Below, piece after piece: positions 42,536-51,861 of a stretch of 64,000 bases of DNA (the stretch's first letter is position 1; the number at the start of each line of letters is the position of its first letter). The notes beneath the pieces were generated by a model. It did no database searches. It had not been told where the DNA came from and was given only the letters and a program-made list of their open reading frames with translations. This stretch comes from a phage. The stretch lies in NCBI GenBank assembly GCA_011915565.1, contig GCA_011915565.1_3920.1. One strand, given 5' to 3'. Made by a program: the position numbers and the translations under genes.

Positions 42536-44902
42536 ATGCGCATGGTAAATGACCACGCAGAAGTGATTAAGAGTTCAACTTCTTTAGAGACGTCTCAAGC
42601 ACAGATTACAATGACACCTGAGATGTTCAGCCTTTTGAGTTCTGGTGTGTATACCTTTAAAGAAAGGGCAGTGATTCGTGAACTGTCATGTAACGCAGTA
42701 GATGCTCAGAAAGAAGCTGGAAAAGAGAACATTCCATTCCATGTGCATTTACCTACTCGTTTTGAGCCTTACTTCGAAGTTCGTGATTTTGGAACTGGAT
42801 TGACTCATGATAAAGTTATGAGTTTGTACCTAAACTATGGAGCTTCTACGAAGAATGACTCTAATGACTACATTGGTGCAATGGGTATCGGCTCAAAGTC
42901 ACCATTTGCAATTGCTCAGTCATTCACAGTATCTAGCTATGTTGACGGTGTTGTTAATAAGTACTCTGTTTATCTTGAGAATGGTATCCCTCAAGTAACT
43001 AAGCTGACAACTAACCCAACAAAAGAACCTAATGGTTTAGCTGTACGTGTGGCAGTTGCTGACCACCGTATCTCAAAGTTCTTTGAAGAAGCTGGGAATG
43101 TGTACTCATACTTCACTGTAAAACCAGAAAGTAATATTGAGTACGACGATATATTAGCAGATATGAACGTCATTGCCCGTGAAGAAGGTGTTTATGATGC
43201 CATGATTCATAAGCAAAGCTGGCGTTCTGGCGCTAACAGAACAGAGTTTAATGTGGTGATGGGTAACATTGCCTACCCTGTTAACATGGAAGCATTACTT
43301 GGAGATGATTTCTTCAAAGTATTGCCAGAATTTTTCCGTAGGAGCGTAGACCTTGTAAACATCTACATGCCTATTGGTTCAGTTGCTATTGCAGCTTCTC
43401 GTGAAGCATTGCAGATGAATGACACGACAAAAAATGTTATCATTGAGGCTACTAAAAAGATAACTGAAGCCATTACAAAGGATGTTATCAAGAAAGTTAA
43501 TAGCCAACCTACACTCATGGATGCTGCACAGGCTTATGCTGAGTTACGTTTGAACTCACGAGAGATGTTTAATGCTGTGTGTCCAAAGCTAGAATGGGGA
43601 GGCGTTAAGCTTGATTCTCTGGAAGAAGAATTACTAAACATTCGTCGTGGGATTATCTACGCAGAAGACGGCTCAGTCATTTATGAACGTGACGGCAAAG
43701 GTAATATTAAGGTTGATAGGAACGGGAACAATATCCCTAAAGTAGACTATCTTTATGACCCAGTTGCTTATGTCAAGTTCAACTCTTTAGAGAGTAAGAT
43801 TCGTGCAACAGCACTTTCCTACACTCAAGAGGCAAGCATGTTCAATATCTTTGGTGCAATGCGTAAAAGCCAAATTGAACAGTTTTTGTTCGTGATTAAT
43901 GACCGTCGCAATAAAAACGGTACTGAGAAGACTGTAGGACGCAATCAAATTTTGCGTGGTGCATGTCGAGACTATGCCAGTGAATCAAATCTGTTTCACA
44001 GATACAATGGCATTGTGTTTGTATTCTCGACTGAAAAAGAGTTAGATGATTTAATCAATCTACACAAACTTGATAAAAGCTTGTTAAAGATTGTGAAGAT
44101 GTCTGATAAGGAACACCACTATCAGCGCAAAGAAGCTGTAAGGGGTGTTGTAAAACTATGGAAAGCTGTTCCAGCAGAATCTGTAGCTTCATACAAAGAG
44201 GTGTCAGAAGACTTAGACACAATTGAAGAACCTCAGCTTTACATTAAGGCAGTTGGTGACACAGTTGATGGTAGATGTTTTTGCTCATCTCCAGAAGATG
44301 TAGCTAAGTCAGTTGCTAATGTTACAGGTAAGACAGTCTATGTTTTCCGAAAAGCAAATTGGAAAAAGATACCAGAAGACTGGATTGAAGTAGATGAGCA
44401 ACTCTTGAACGATAGCTTAACTGATGTTCACTGGATTAACCATAACAGATATATGACACGTATCTATATGAATGGTGTCCTTGACCTTACAAGCAGTTGG
44501 ATTATTGCCAGAAACTTTACGTTTAATAACAGGAAGATTTCTCGCGGGTATTGTTATTCAAGGGATACTATTAAGACAATCTTCTTAGAAGGGAATGAAG
44601 ATGCTGTTGAGGCAATGTTCGGTAAGATTCAGTATGTGGCTGCACCGTTTGCATACACTTACACTATCAGTGTTCTTCAGGATTTGAAGACATGCCTTGA
44701 TAATGACACAAAACTGTACAAAAAGATTAAGAAAGCAGGTGACCGCATGGTTATCAAGCTGACAAACTATCTTTCAAAAAGAAAACAAGAAAACTTCTTG
44801 CTTTCACACTTAGATTGGAATAAAGTATCACCTATCGAAGTGAGTAAGTTTTTAGGCTTTGATGTGAAATGTGTTCCAGAAGGTACAACAATTTACGATT
44901 AA
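42536..44902 (+). CDS. rIIA: rIIA-like protein with GHKL-type ATPase N-domain
   Basis: Bergerat-fold motifs ELSCNAVDA, RDFGTGL, GAMGIGSKS near N-terminus; 788 aa; followed by rIIB-like gene. Confidence 0.55.
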   Translation: MRMVNDHAEVIKSSTSLETSQAQITMTPEMFSLLSSGVYTFKERAVIRELSCNAVDAQKEAGKENIPFHVHLPTRFEPYFEVRDFGTGLTHDKVMSLYLNYGASTKNDSNDYIGAMGIGSKSPFAIAQSFTVSSYVDGVVNKYSVYLENGIPQVTKLTTNPTKEPNGLAVRVAVADHRISKFFEEAGNVYSYFTVKPESNIEYDDILADMNVIAREEGVYDAMIHKQSWRSGANRTEFNVVMGNIAYPVNMEALLGDDFFKVLPEFFRRSVDLVNIYMPIGSVAIAASREALQMNDTTKNVIIEATKKITEAITKDVIKKVNSQPTLMDAAQAYAELRLNSREMFNAVCPKLEWGGVKLDSLEEELLNIRRGIIYAEDGSVIYERDGKGNIKVDRNGNNIPKVDYLYDPVAYVKFNSLESKIRATALSYTQEASMFNIFGAMRKSQIEQFLFVINDRRNKNGTEKTVGRNQILRGACRDYASESNLFHRYNGIVFVFSTEKELDDLINLHKLDKSLLKIVKMSDKEHHYQRKEAVRGVVKLWKAVPAESVASYKEVSEDLDTIEEPQLYIKAVGDTVDGRCFCSSPEDVAKSVANVTGKTVYVFRKANWKKIPEDWIEVDEQLLNDSLTDVHWINHNRYMTRIYMNGVLDLTSSWIIARNFTFNNRKISRGYCYSRDTIKTIFLEGNEDAVEAMFGKIQYVAAPFAYTYTISVLQDLKTCLDNDTKLYKKIKKAGDRMVIKLTNYLSKRKQENFLLSHLDWNKVSPIEVSKFLGFDVKCVPEGTTIYD

Positions 44903-44907
44903 AGTGT

Positions 44908-44937
44908 TTGACAAGGGGCTTTGAAGCCCCTTAGAAT
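44908..44937 (+). promoter_or_regulatory. candidate promoter with hairpin in spacer
   Basis: TTGACA-N18-TAGAAT; spacer is the hairpin aggggctttgaagcccct. Confidence 0.35.
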
Positions 44938-44981
44938 AGCCTCACAAATTGATTGATTAACTAACAAGAGAGAGTAATAAG

Positions 44982-46091
44982 ATGACTACTAAAACTAAAG
45001 CACAGATTGACGCAGAAATTTACAAACTGGTTAAAGAAGGTAAGCTGACCAAAACAGCTATTGCACAGAAATTTAACACTTCAACCCGTTCAGTTGGTCG
45101 TGCTGTAGAGCGTCATGAAGCAACCCTAAAAGGGAATAAAAAGGCAACTTCTACACCAGCTACGAAGACTTTGAAACAAGTTGCTAAGACTTTTAAAAAG
45201 AAAGCTGGCAAACCAGTTGAAAAGGTCGTTAAAGAGACTGTACAGAAAGCTCCAGTAAATAAACTGCACGAAGCTATGCAGAAAGATGACAAAATTGAGT
45301 ACATGATTACTGGTGACTCTGTAATTATGACTTATGGTTCAGAATCTGAAATTGTTGAGTCTACTCATCCAAACTATCAAGAGATTGTAGTTCATGTTGT
45401 GAAAGGTGAGTTCAAGAAAGCATTTGAACTGATGAACATCCGTAAGTCTATCGAAAACTTCACTCAGGGTGCTATTACAATCAAAGGTGACAAGCTATTC
45501 TACGGTGCTGTTGAGATGCGTTCTACTCTGGTTGACCGTATTCTCCACATGATGAAGACTGGTGATAAAGGTTTTGAACGACTTGTAATGTTCTTCGAAA
45601 AACTGATGGAAAACCCATCTAAAGATTCTGTAGAACAACTTTGGGGATTTGTATCTCACCTTGATGTTGAAATTGATGAAGAAGGCTACATCATTGGTTG
45701 GAAGAAAGTCTCTACTCGTGAAGGCAAGCTGGTTGACTCTCACACCTACAAAGTGCCTAATGATTTGGGTAACATTGTAGAAATGCCACGTTGGATGGTT
45801 GATAATAACCGTAACGTAACTTGCTCTCAAGGTCTTCATGTTGGTGCTTGGGATTATGTTCGTTGCTTCTCAGGTGATACAATCCTGAAGGTTCGCGTAC
45901 ATCCACGAGATGTTGTATCTGTTCCAACTGATTACAACGATATGAAGATGCGTTCCTCTCGTTATGAAGTTGCAGCAATCGTTGATAATCAACGTAAAGT
46001 GCTGGAAGCATGGGACGGTAAGACTGAAGCTTTGCATGTCATCGTTGGCACTGCTGGTGAACTCATCTCTCAACGTAAACGTGAAATCTAA
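44982..46091 (+). CDS. rIIB: rIIB-like protein
   Basis: 369 aa ORF downstream of the rIIA-like gene; synteny-based. Confidence 0.4.
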   Translation: MTTKTKAQIDAEIYKLVKEGKLTKTAIAQKFNTSTRSVGRAVERHEATLKGNKKATSTPATKTLKQVAKTFKKKAGKPVEKVVKETVQKAPVNKLHEAMQKDDKIEYMITGDSVIMTYGSESEIVESTHPNYQEIVVHVVKGEFKKAFELMNIRKSIENFTQGAITIKGDKLFYGAVEMRSTLVDRILHMMKTGDKGFERLVMFFEKLMENPSKDSVEQLWGFVSHLDVEIDEEGYIIGWKKVSTREGKLVDSHTYKVPNDLGNIVEMPRWMVDNNRNVTCSQGLHVGAWDYVRCFSGDTILKVRVHPRDVVSVPTDYNDMKMRSSRYEVAAIVDNQRKVLEAWDGKTEALHVIVGTAGELISQRKREI

Positions 46092-46106
46092 TAAGTAATT
46101 TCTTAA

Positions 46107-46133
46107 AAGGCTGCTTCGGCGGCCTTTTTTATT
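46107..46133 (+). terminator. intrinsic terminator
   Basis: aggctgc-ttcg-gcggcct then tttttta. Confidence 0.6.
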
Positions 46134-46191
46134 TGTATTTTGTGCAGAGTGCTGTATAATTGTTGTCACGATAAACTAAACAGGAGAACCA

Positions 46192-46740
46192 ATGAAGAAA
46201 TTGATTCTAGGTTTGTGCTTAATGTTTACAGCACACTTATCTTATGCAGTTGACTGCCCAGAGCTATCAATTAGCCAAAAAGTGAACATGTTAAAAGCTT
46301 ACCAGTATGGTGAGAATAACATGGGTAAAGGTTGGGGTATCACTCTAGCAGCTATAGCCTTACAAGAGTCAGAGTTAGGTCTGAAGGTAGAAAATAAAAA
46401 GACCCATGACTATGGTATCTTCCAGAATCACTTGAAGACTGTTGTAAAGCGTAACAAAATTAGTCCTAATGTTGCTAAAAAGAAACTCTTAAAAGATTTT
46501 GACTATGCTGCGAAGGAAACGCACAAAGAACTTGAGTTTTGGACAAAGGTGCATGGTCAGCCAAAGTCAAAGAAGACTTTACAAAAAGTTTTAGCATCAT
46601 ATAATGCTGGGTATTCGTACAGAATCCCTAAAGCTAAGAAGTATTCTCAAGATGTCTATAACAACATGAAAGTTATTGCTCAATGTGAATTTGCAACAAA
46701 CATTTCTAAGGTAAACCATGAAAAAATTAAAAAAGTCTGA
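46192..46740 (+). CDS. secreted lytic transglycosylase-like (SLT domain) protein
   Basis: Signal peptide MKKLILGLCLMFTAHLSYA; SLT-like motifs ALQESELG, YGIFQ, SYNAGYSY. Confidence 0.55.
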   Translation: MKKLILGLCLMFTAHLSYAVDCPELSISQKVNMLKAYQYGENNMGKGWGITLAAIALQESELGLKVENKKTHDYGIFQNHLKTVVKRNKISPNVAKKKLLKDFDYAAKETHKELEFWTKVHGQPKSKKTLQKVLASYNAGYSYRIPKAKKYSQDVYNNMKVIAQCEFATNISKVNHEKIKKV

Positions 46741-47413
46741 TGAAGTCCTGTGCCACGCTTATGACTTACATCCTCATGAGTTAGGTCTTGATTCCTGTGT
46801 ATGGACTCCAGAACAGTGCAGAGATTTTGAAGACACTGCAAGAGAGGTTGTATGTTCACTTGAAGAGTTCCACACATCAGAACCCATTGTGAACGTTGTG
46901 GACAAAGAGACTGGACAAACTATAGGTGTAAGGCGTGATAGTTTAGTGATAGTCAATAAAGACCTTGTAGAAAAAGGTAACCTCATCTTAGCAGATATTG
47001 ATGGTGTTCTTACAAATTTTAATCACGAAGATTGCTCAACGGAATTGACTGATGGGTCATTCTCACAGTACACTAATCTTCTTGATTCTGTAAGAGCAAA
47101 ACCAACATATGTTTTCAACATTATTGATGCAATTGCAAATCATGCAGCAGTTGGACTCTTGACAGCAAGAGGTGAATCTCAGAGAATACCTACTGAGATG
47201 TTTTTAAGGCACAATATAGAGCATGATTACTTGCTTTTTATGCGTGGTTTTGGAACTAACTCTATAAGTGCAGAAAGTTTGAAAGTGAGGATGATTCAGT
47301 CTTGCATTCTTCCTTACTTTAATATAGTATGCTTTATAGAAGATACAGAGAAGAATGTTCAGAAGGTAAACAGAATCCTTCCACACATTAAAACCATGTT
47401 AGTTAAACATTGA
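46718..47413 (+). CDS. HAD-superfamily phosphatase-like protein
   Basis: ILADIDGVLTNF resembles HAD motif I (DxDGT/V). Confidence 0.4.
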   Translation: MKKLKKSDEVLCHAYDLHPHELGLDSCVWTPEQCRDFEDTAREVVCSLEEFHTSEPIVNVVDKETGQTIGVRRDSLVIVNKDLVEKGNLILADIDGVLTNFNHEDCSTELTDGSFSQYTNLLDSVRAKPTYVFNIIDAIANHAAVGLLTARGESQRIPTEMFLRHNIEHDYLLFMRGFGTNSISAESLKVRMIQSCILPYFNIVCFIEDTEKNVQKVNRILPHIKTMLVKH

Positions 47414-47889
47414 GAGAAGAACTTATGAACAATATCATTACGGTAGCACTGGACGATACGGCAAACAAATCTGAAGTAGTTCGTAAAATGATTCAAGGTA
47501 ACTTTGAAGGTAAAATTTTCCGTGCTGTTAATGTAAAAGCTGATGGCAGCATTCGTGAATATCGTGCATTGTTGAACGTTAAGAAGCACGTAAAAGGTGT
47601 TGGTTCAACGACTGCACACAAAGAAAACCTGATGACTATCTATGATATGGGTAAGGCTTCAGAGTTAGGTGCTGAAGGTATCGTTAAAGAAGGTGCTCCG
47701 TATCGCTCTTTCAATCTGGAAACTACCCTTATGCTTTCCTTTACAAGTGGTTCCAAAACAATCACTTATCTCTTTACTGATGCTGCAACGGTATCTGCTA
47801 TTAAGGATAGCACTGTCAAAGCTGGCGTAGTTGCTGCTGCAAAAGCTTCTTCGATGGCTGCAAATATCCTTGCTAAAGTCCTCGGTTAA
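47410..47889 (+). CDS. hypothetical protein
   Basis: 159 aa ORF with ATGA overlap, followed by a terminator. Confidence 0.45.
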   Translation: MREELMNNIITVALDDTANKSEVVRKMIQGNFEGKIFRAVNVKADGSIREYRALLNVKKHVKGVGSTTAHKENLMTIYDMGKASELGAEGIVKEGAPYRSFNLETTLMLSFTSGSKTITYLFTDAATVSAIKDSTVKAGVVAAAKASSMAANILAKVLG

Positions 47890-47899
47890 GGTTAAGATA

Positions 47900-47924
47900 C
47901 AGGCTCCTTCGGGAGCCTTTTTCA
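47900..47924 (+). terminator. intrinsic terminator
   Basis: caggctcc-ttcg-ggagcct then ttttt. Confidence 0.65.
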
Positions 47925-47941
47925 TTTCAGGAGATTGTTAA

Positions 47942-48289
47942 ATGACATTTAAAGAGTTCTGTCAAGCTACTTTCATAGTTGTTTTCTTAGTTGGGGCAGG
48001 TGTCTGGGGAGGATACTCTTACAGAGACTACCAAGTTGCTGAAACTGAGCTAAACAATGAGAAGCTGATAAGTGTTGCTAAAGATGCTTATCAGGAAGGA
48101 TTAGCTACACTGAGCACCAATTACAAAAATGATTTGAAAGATGTGCTTGCTAAGAATAAGCACACAAAAGAGGTACTAACGTATGAAAAAACTAAGCCAG
48201 AGTTTTATAATGTTTGTGTTACTGATAATTATGTCAGGGTGTTCAACGAACAAAGTGAACAGTACATTCAAAAACTCCCAAGTAAGTGA
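47942..48289 (+). CDS. putative i-spanin (Rz-like)
   Basis: N-terminal TM helix (ATFIVVFLVGAGVWGGY) then coiled-coil-like periplasmic region; overlaps a lipoprotein ORF in another frame. Confidence 0.45.
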   Translation: MTFKEFCQATFIVVFLVGAGVWGGYSYRDYQVAETELNNEKLISVAKDAYQEGLATLSTNYKNDLKDVLAKNKHTKEVLTYEKTKPEFYNVCVTDNYVRVFNEQSEQYIQKLPSK

Positions 48290-48452
48290 GGGTGACAAGT
48301 ACACTCAAGAAGAATCACGGTATATCATCAAAGGTAACACAGGCAGTGATGTAGCAGCAGCACTTGAGTTCTACCGTGACGGCTTTTACCAGTGTACAAT
48401 TAAAGCTAATAACCTTATTGACATGATTTTATTAGGAAATAAACAGCAATGA
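48183..48452 (+). CDS. putative o-spanin (Rz1-like lipoprotein)
   Basis: Signal peptide with lipobox (LLIIMSGC); starts inside the 3' end of the TM/coiled-coil ORF. Confidence 0.4.
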   Translation: MKKLSQSFIMFVLLIIMSGCSTNKVNSTFKNSQVSEGDKYTQEESRYIIKGNTGSDVAAALEFYRDGFYQCTIKANNLIDMILLGNKQQ

Positions 48453-48718
48453 CAGAGAATGAAGATACTTTTTACGTAGAAGGGTACTTACTGTTACCGC
48501 GACCAAAAGAAACTTATATGCGAATTGACTTCATACCAACCATTATGGATAATGTGATGTGTCATATCTTTATGCAGGGTGTCACAGCACAGCTTAAGTA
48601 TGTTGGTAAAGAGTGCAAAATAAAGGTTGACACTCATCCAGAAATCAAAGAGAATCACTACACATGGTTCTTACCAGACTCTAAAGAAATCTTAGCAGTT
48701 CTTAAAACGAGGAAATGA
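48449..48718 (+). CDS. hypothetical protein
   Basis: 89 aa, ATGA-coupled. Confidence 0.4.
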   Translation: MTENEDTFYVEGYLLLPRPKETYMRIDFIPTIMDNVMCHIFMQGVTAQLKYVGKECKIKVDTHPEIKENHYTWFLPDSKEILAVLKTRK

Positions 48719-49029
48719 TTATGCAATTCCAGCCAACAAATCGTGGATTTTCTTATGCAGAATTTAAAGATGCTAAAGGGGAAATTTGTACTTTACAAGA
48801 AAGTTCATCATACGAACCATGTATCTGGTTAGGTGCTAAAGAGGTCTCTGTTCAGTACCTAGATAATGGCTGGAAAACACTTGACATCCCAGCATTAGTT
48901 GGTAAAGATTTTGTAGGTAATCAAAGAATGAAGCTCAATCAAGAACAGGTAAAAGAGTTGTTGCCGTACCTCCAATACTTTGCTGAAAATGGTGAATTGC
49001 CAACAGAGGAACTTACAAATGCAGATTAA
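48715..49029 (+). CDS. hypothetical protein
   Basis: 104 aa, coupled. Confidence 0.4.
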   Translation: MIMQFQPTNRGFSYAEFKDAKGEICTLQESSSYEPCIWLGAKEVSVQYLDNGWKTLDIPALVGKDFVGNQRMKLNQEQVKELLPYLQYFAENGELPTEELTNAD

Positions 49030-49345
49030 TGGAAGAGACTTTGTAGCCGTTTACTACGAGAAAGACAAAGAAGTTGGCGTAGCACAAGTATCTTATGGCA
49101 ATGGTAAGTGGCTATATGGAACAATCGCAGTAGTAGGAACAAGAAGTGATACAAAAACTTTTAAAGATTGTGTTGACCTTCTTGAAGAATCCATTCAGAA
49201 TCACTGGTGTCTGATATGGATGACTGACAACGAAGTGATAGAACGCTTCAAAAAGATTGGTATCAACATCGACAGTATTGAGCATGTTGATTTATATGAG
49301 CTAACTGAGAAGGTAAACTATGAAAGTAATACTAGCCAGAGATAA
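49019..49345 (+). CDS. hypothetical protein
   Basis: Start set at MQINGRDF (track ORF 48980). Confidence 0.4.
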   Translation: MQINGRDFVAVYYEKDKEVGVAQVSYGNGKWLYGTIAVVGTRSDTKTFKDCVDLLEESIQNHWCLIWMTDNEVIERFKKIGINIDSIEHVDLYELTEKVNYESNTSQR

Positions 49346-49547
49346 AAAGACACGGAAACTCATCCGGTCAGCGGTGTTCATTGGACGAAATGAGGTCATC
49401 CCATTTACAGCAAATGATGTGATAACTTACCGGAAGAACTTAGTATTTACTGACTGTTTACGTGGCTTCATCTCCCAACCGTTGGAAGACTTTAAAAGCC
49501 GTTGTGGTAAAGGTATCATCATTCAAGAGGCAATTATCAATGGCTGA
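49320..49547 (+). CDS. hypothetical protein
   Basis: 75 aa ORF. Confidence 0.35.
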   Translation: MKVILARDKKTRKLIRSAVFIGRNEVIPFTANDVITYRKNLVFTDCLRGFISQPLEDFKSRCGKGIIIQEAIING

Positions 49548-49740
49548 CTTCTGCAAAGACTGTTCTATCGAAATGTTCGGACGTGATACAGGTGACTTAA
49601 AAGGTCTTATCACTGAAGATGACTTTAAAGCTGGTTATGCAATGCCAGTAATCTGTGAAGGCTGTGGGTGTATCTGGGTAGACCACGAAGGACAACGTGT
49701 AAAACCTTCAGAAGACAAAGAATCTTGGGAGAGATGTTAA
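49540..49740 (+). CDS. small zinc-binding protein
   Basis: Start at MADFCKDC (track ORF 49462); CKDC...CEGCGC cysteine pairs. Confidence 0.4.
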   Translation: MADFCKDCSIEMFGRDTGDLKGLITEDDFKAGYAMPVICEGCGCIWVDHEGQRVKPSEDKESWERC

Positions 49741-50526
49741 ATGGGTATTGTAAAAATAATTAATGGTGATATCTTTGCCGCATTTGATAAAGGTAAGTTT
49801 GACATCATCGGTCACGGTTGCAACTGTATGAACTTAATGGGTGCAGGTATCGCTGACAAGATTTCTAAACTTTACCCAAAAGCGTATGAGACCGATACAG
49901 AAGTTTATCTGTATGCAGGTGGTATAGGTCACAAACCCTGTGAAAATTTACTAGGTAATTTCTCTGTAGCACGTTTAAAACAAGGTCGTATAGCTAATCT
50001 TTACACTCAGCTTAAGACTGGTAAAGATGCCCGATACAGTGCTTTAGAGTCATCTTTGAAACAGCTTAACAGATACTGTGAAGTTAATCAGTTGAAGAAA
50101 GTTGGGTTACCTATGATTGGTGCAGGTATCGGTGGACTTGACCCTCAAGCCGTTACCGTTATCATTAATCAGGTGATGAAGAGTGTAGATGTGTATCTGT
50201 ATGTCTACGAAGGAGAGATGTACCACAAGTTACGCTCAGGTTGGAATAACTACTGCGAACCAGAATACTTTGCAGGTGTAGTAACGTTCACAGACAATGC
50301 AGTTACCCTCTTCAGACGAAGAAAAGGTAAGATACATCAAAGTAACCCTCCGGTTGAAAAGATGTCTCTAAGTAACGCTCTAGTTACCCACCTGTCGAAG
50401 AGCAATCACAGAATTGCAGTAACATTTGGCAGTGATGCAGACACATATATCTATGCAAGGACTGATGAAGATATCGAGGAGATTTTCTCATCACAAGAAG
50501 TTACCTTCTTAGACGCAAAGAACTAA
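49741..50526 (+). CDS. macro-like domain protein (candidate ADP-ribose binding/hydrolase)
   Basis: NGDIF...DIIGHGCNCMNLMGAGIADKI and LPMIGAGIGGLDPQAV resemble macrodomain motifs (GDIT...IVNAAN..L.GGGGV and FPAISTGVYG). Confidence 0.5.
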   Translation: MGIVKIINGDIFAAFDKGKFDIIGHGCNCMNLMGAGIADKISKLYPKAYETDTEVYLYAGGIGHKPCENLLGNFSVARLKQGRIANLYTQLKTGKDARYSALESSLKQLNRYCEVNQLKKVGLPMIGAGIGGLDPQAVTVIINQVMKSVDVYLYVYEGEMYHKLRSGWNNYCEPEYFAGVVTFTDNAVTLFRRRKGKIHQSNPPVEKMSLSNALVTHLSKSNHRIAVTFGSDADTYIYARTDEDIEEIFSSQEVTFLDAKN

Positions 50527-50555
50527 TAAACTCTGTAGAATATTCACAATAGATT

Positions 50556-50603
50556 AAGCCTTCCTTATCTGGTAAATTTTTCAGGTAAGGAAGGCTTTTT
50601 TAT
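50556..50603 (+). terminator. strong intrinsic terminator
   Basis: 11 bp stem aagccttcctta...taaggaaggctt followed by ttttttattt. Confidence 0.75.
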
Positions 50604-50795
50604 TTCAAGATTGTGCAGGTAGAGTTCTGTAGAGAAATCTGTAGAGAAAATTTTGAACTCCAAAGAGAAAATTCATTTTCAAACTGTGCAGGTAATCTCC
50701 AAAGAGCTTTTTCATTTTCAAAACGTGCAGACCCCGCTCAGGTCGGGCAAGAAAAATCATTTTAGAATTGTGCAGGTAGGTGGATGCAGGTGGGG
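50603..50795 (+). repeat. iteron-like direct repeat cluster
   Basis: Four copies of (c)attt(t)ca(a/g)a(a/t)(c/t)gtgcag(gta) at about 50605, 50674, 50713 and 50758, plus tandem ctccaaagag-N6-cattttcaaa and ctgtagagaaa x2. Confidence 0.6.
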
Positions 50796-50954
50796 ATGTC
50801 GCCATTTCTCACAAGGCTAACACATCTGGAAATAAAAGTCAACAGAAAAATTTGTAGCGGATTGAAAAATAATTCTTGATTGTAGTTCTGTTTTGTGGTA
50901 GTCGCGTGCGCCCGTTTCATTACAATTTTTGCAAAAATATTTTTAAAATTCCTA

Positions 50955-51014
50955 TTGACTCTTTGAGTATGGTTATCTAATATTTGCATCAACGGGGAGG
51001 GAATGACCTTCCCC
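50955..51014 (+). promoter_or_regulatory. type A cassette: sigma70-type promoter plus conserved 5' leader stem-loop
   Basis: TTGACT-N17-TAATAT then leader hairpin ggggagggaatgaccttcccc and conserved actaa(a/g)taaagtcct(t)aaact(a)ggagattc(a/t)aaaatg. Same leader recurs at about 53121, 53985, 54917, 56058 and 56384. Confidence 0.6.
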
Positions 51015-51046
51015 ACTAAGTAAAGTCCTAAACTGGAGATTCTAAA

Positions 51047-51427
51047 ATGGCATACCGTGCACCTAAATTCATCAACAAAGACAACTTCCGCAACGCACTG
51101 GAGAAGTCACTTGATGAAAAATTTAACGGCAAATTGATTGTTGTTCACGCATTCAATTTTAAGTATGATATTAACGGGAATAAAATCAACCATTACACGG
51201 CAACCATGTTAGATGGTACGCTATCAAGTGAAAAAGCCGTACTGAATGCACTTGCAGGACGTGGTAAAAACCTGATAAGCTGCAATAAGAGACGTTATCA
51301 AGGTGGCGCATATGGTTATGATGATGCTGTTTACCATCTTGAAAATATGGGCTATTCAGTGGAGAAAGCTGGAGCGTCTCAAATAATTGGTAGTGATGGT
51401 TATGTGACAATCTTCAAAATTAAATAA
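51047..51427 (+). CDS. small early-region protein 1
   Basis: 126 aa ORF behind a type A cassette. Confidence 0.5.
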   Translation: MAYRAPKFINKDNFRNALEKSLDEKFNGKLIVVHAFNFKYDINGNKINHYTATMLDGTLSSEKAVLNALAGRGKNLISCNKRRYQGGAYGYDDAVYHLENMGYSVEKAGASQIIGSDGYVTIFKIK

Positions 51428-51440
51428 AAGTACTTTACAA

Positions 51441-51513
51441 GGGGCTTATAGTTCGATAAAGTAAGCCCCAGATAAAGAGCTTTATCACTCAATCCTAAAT
51501 TGGAGATTCAAAA
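51441..51513 (+). promoter_or_regulatory. type B cassette: intergenic hairpin plus conserved ATAAAGAGCTTTA box and RBS
   Basis: ggggcttatagttcgataaagtaagcccc then cagataaagagctttatcactcaatcctaaattggagattcaaaaatg. Variants at about 51786, 52391 and 53460 keep the stem by compensatory or wobble changes. Confidence 0.55.
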
Positions 51514-51771
51514 ATGGCTATTATCAAAAACGTTGTAGTTCCTGCAAAAACTCGTGATGACGCTCGCATCATGGCGAAAAAGTTAGGCGGGAAAGTGGTT
51601 GACAACGGAAAACAATCTGCTGTAAGATGGAGCGTGAAGGCTGATAAGCAACTAACCTTAAAACGCAGTTCAAACAATCTTTTTAAAGGTGTAAAATCAC
51701 TCGGTAAAGTGAACGTGTTTACCAAAAAAGGCTATAAAATGCACTTATCATTAACTGGCAATTTAATCTGA
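51514..51771 (+). CDS. small early-region protein 2
   Basis: 85 aa basic ORF behind a type B cassette. Confidence 0.5.
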   Translation: MAIIKNVVVPAKTRDDARIMAKKLGGKVVDNGKQSAVRWSVKADKQLTLKRSSNNLFKGVKSLGKVNVFTKKGYKMHLSLTGNLI

Positions 51772-51861
51772 TAAAGTACTTTACAGGGGGCTTAAAAGCT
51801 GATATCTTAAGCCCCAGATAAAGAGCTTTACCACTCAATCCTTAAACTAGGAGATTCAAAA

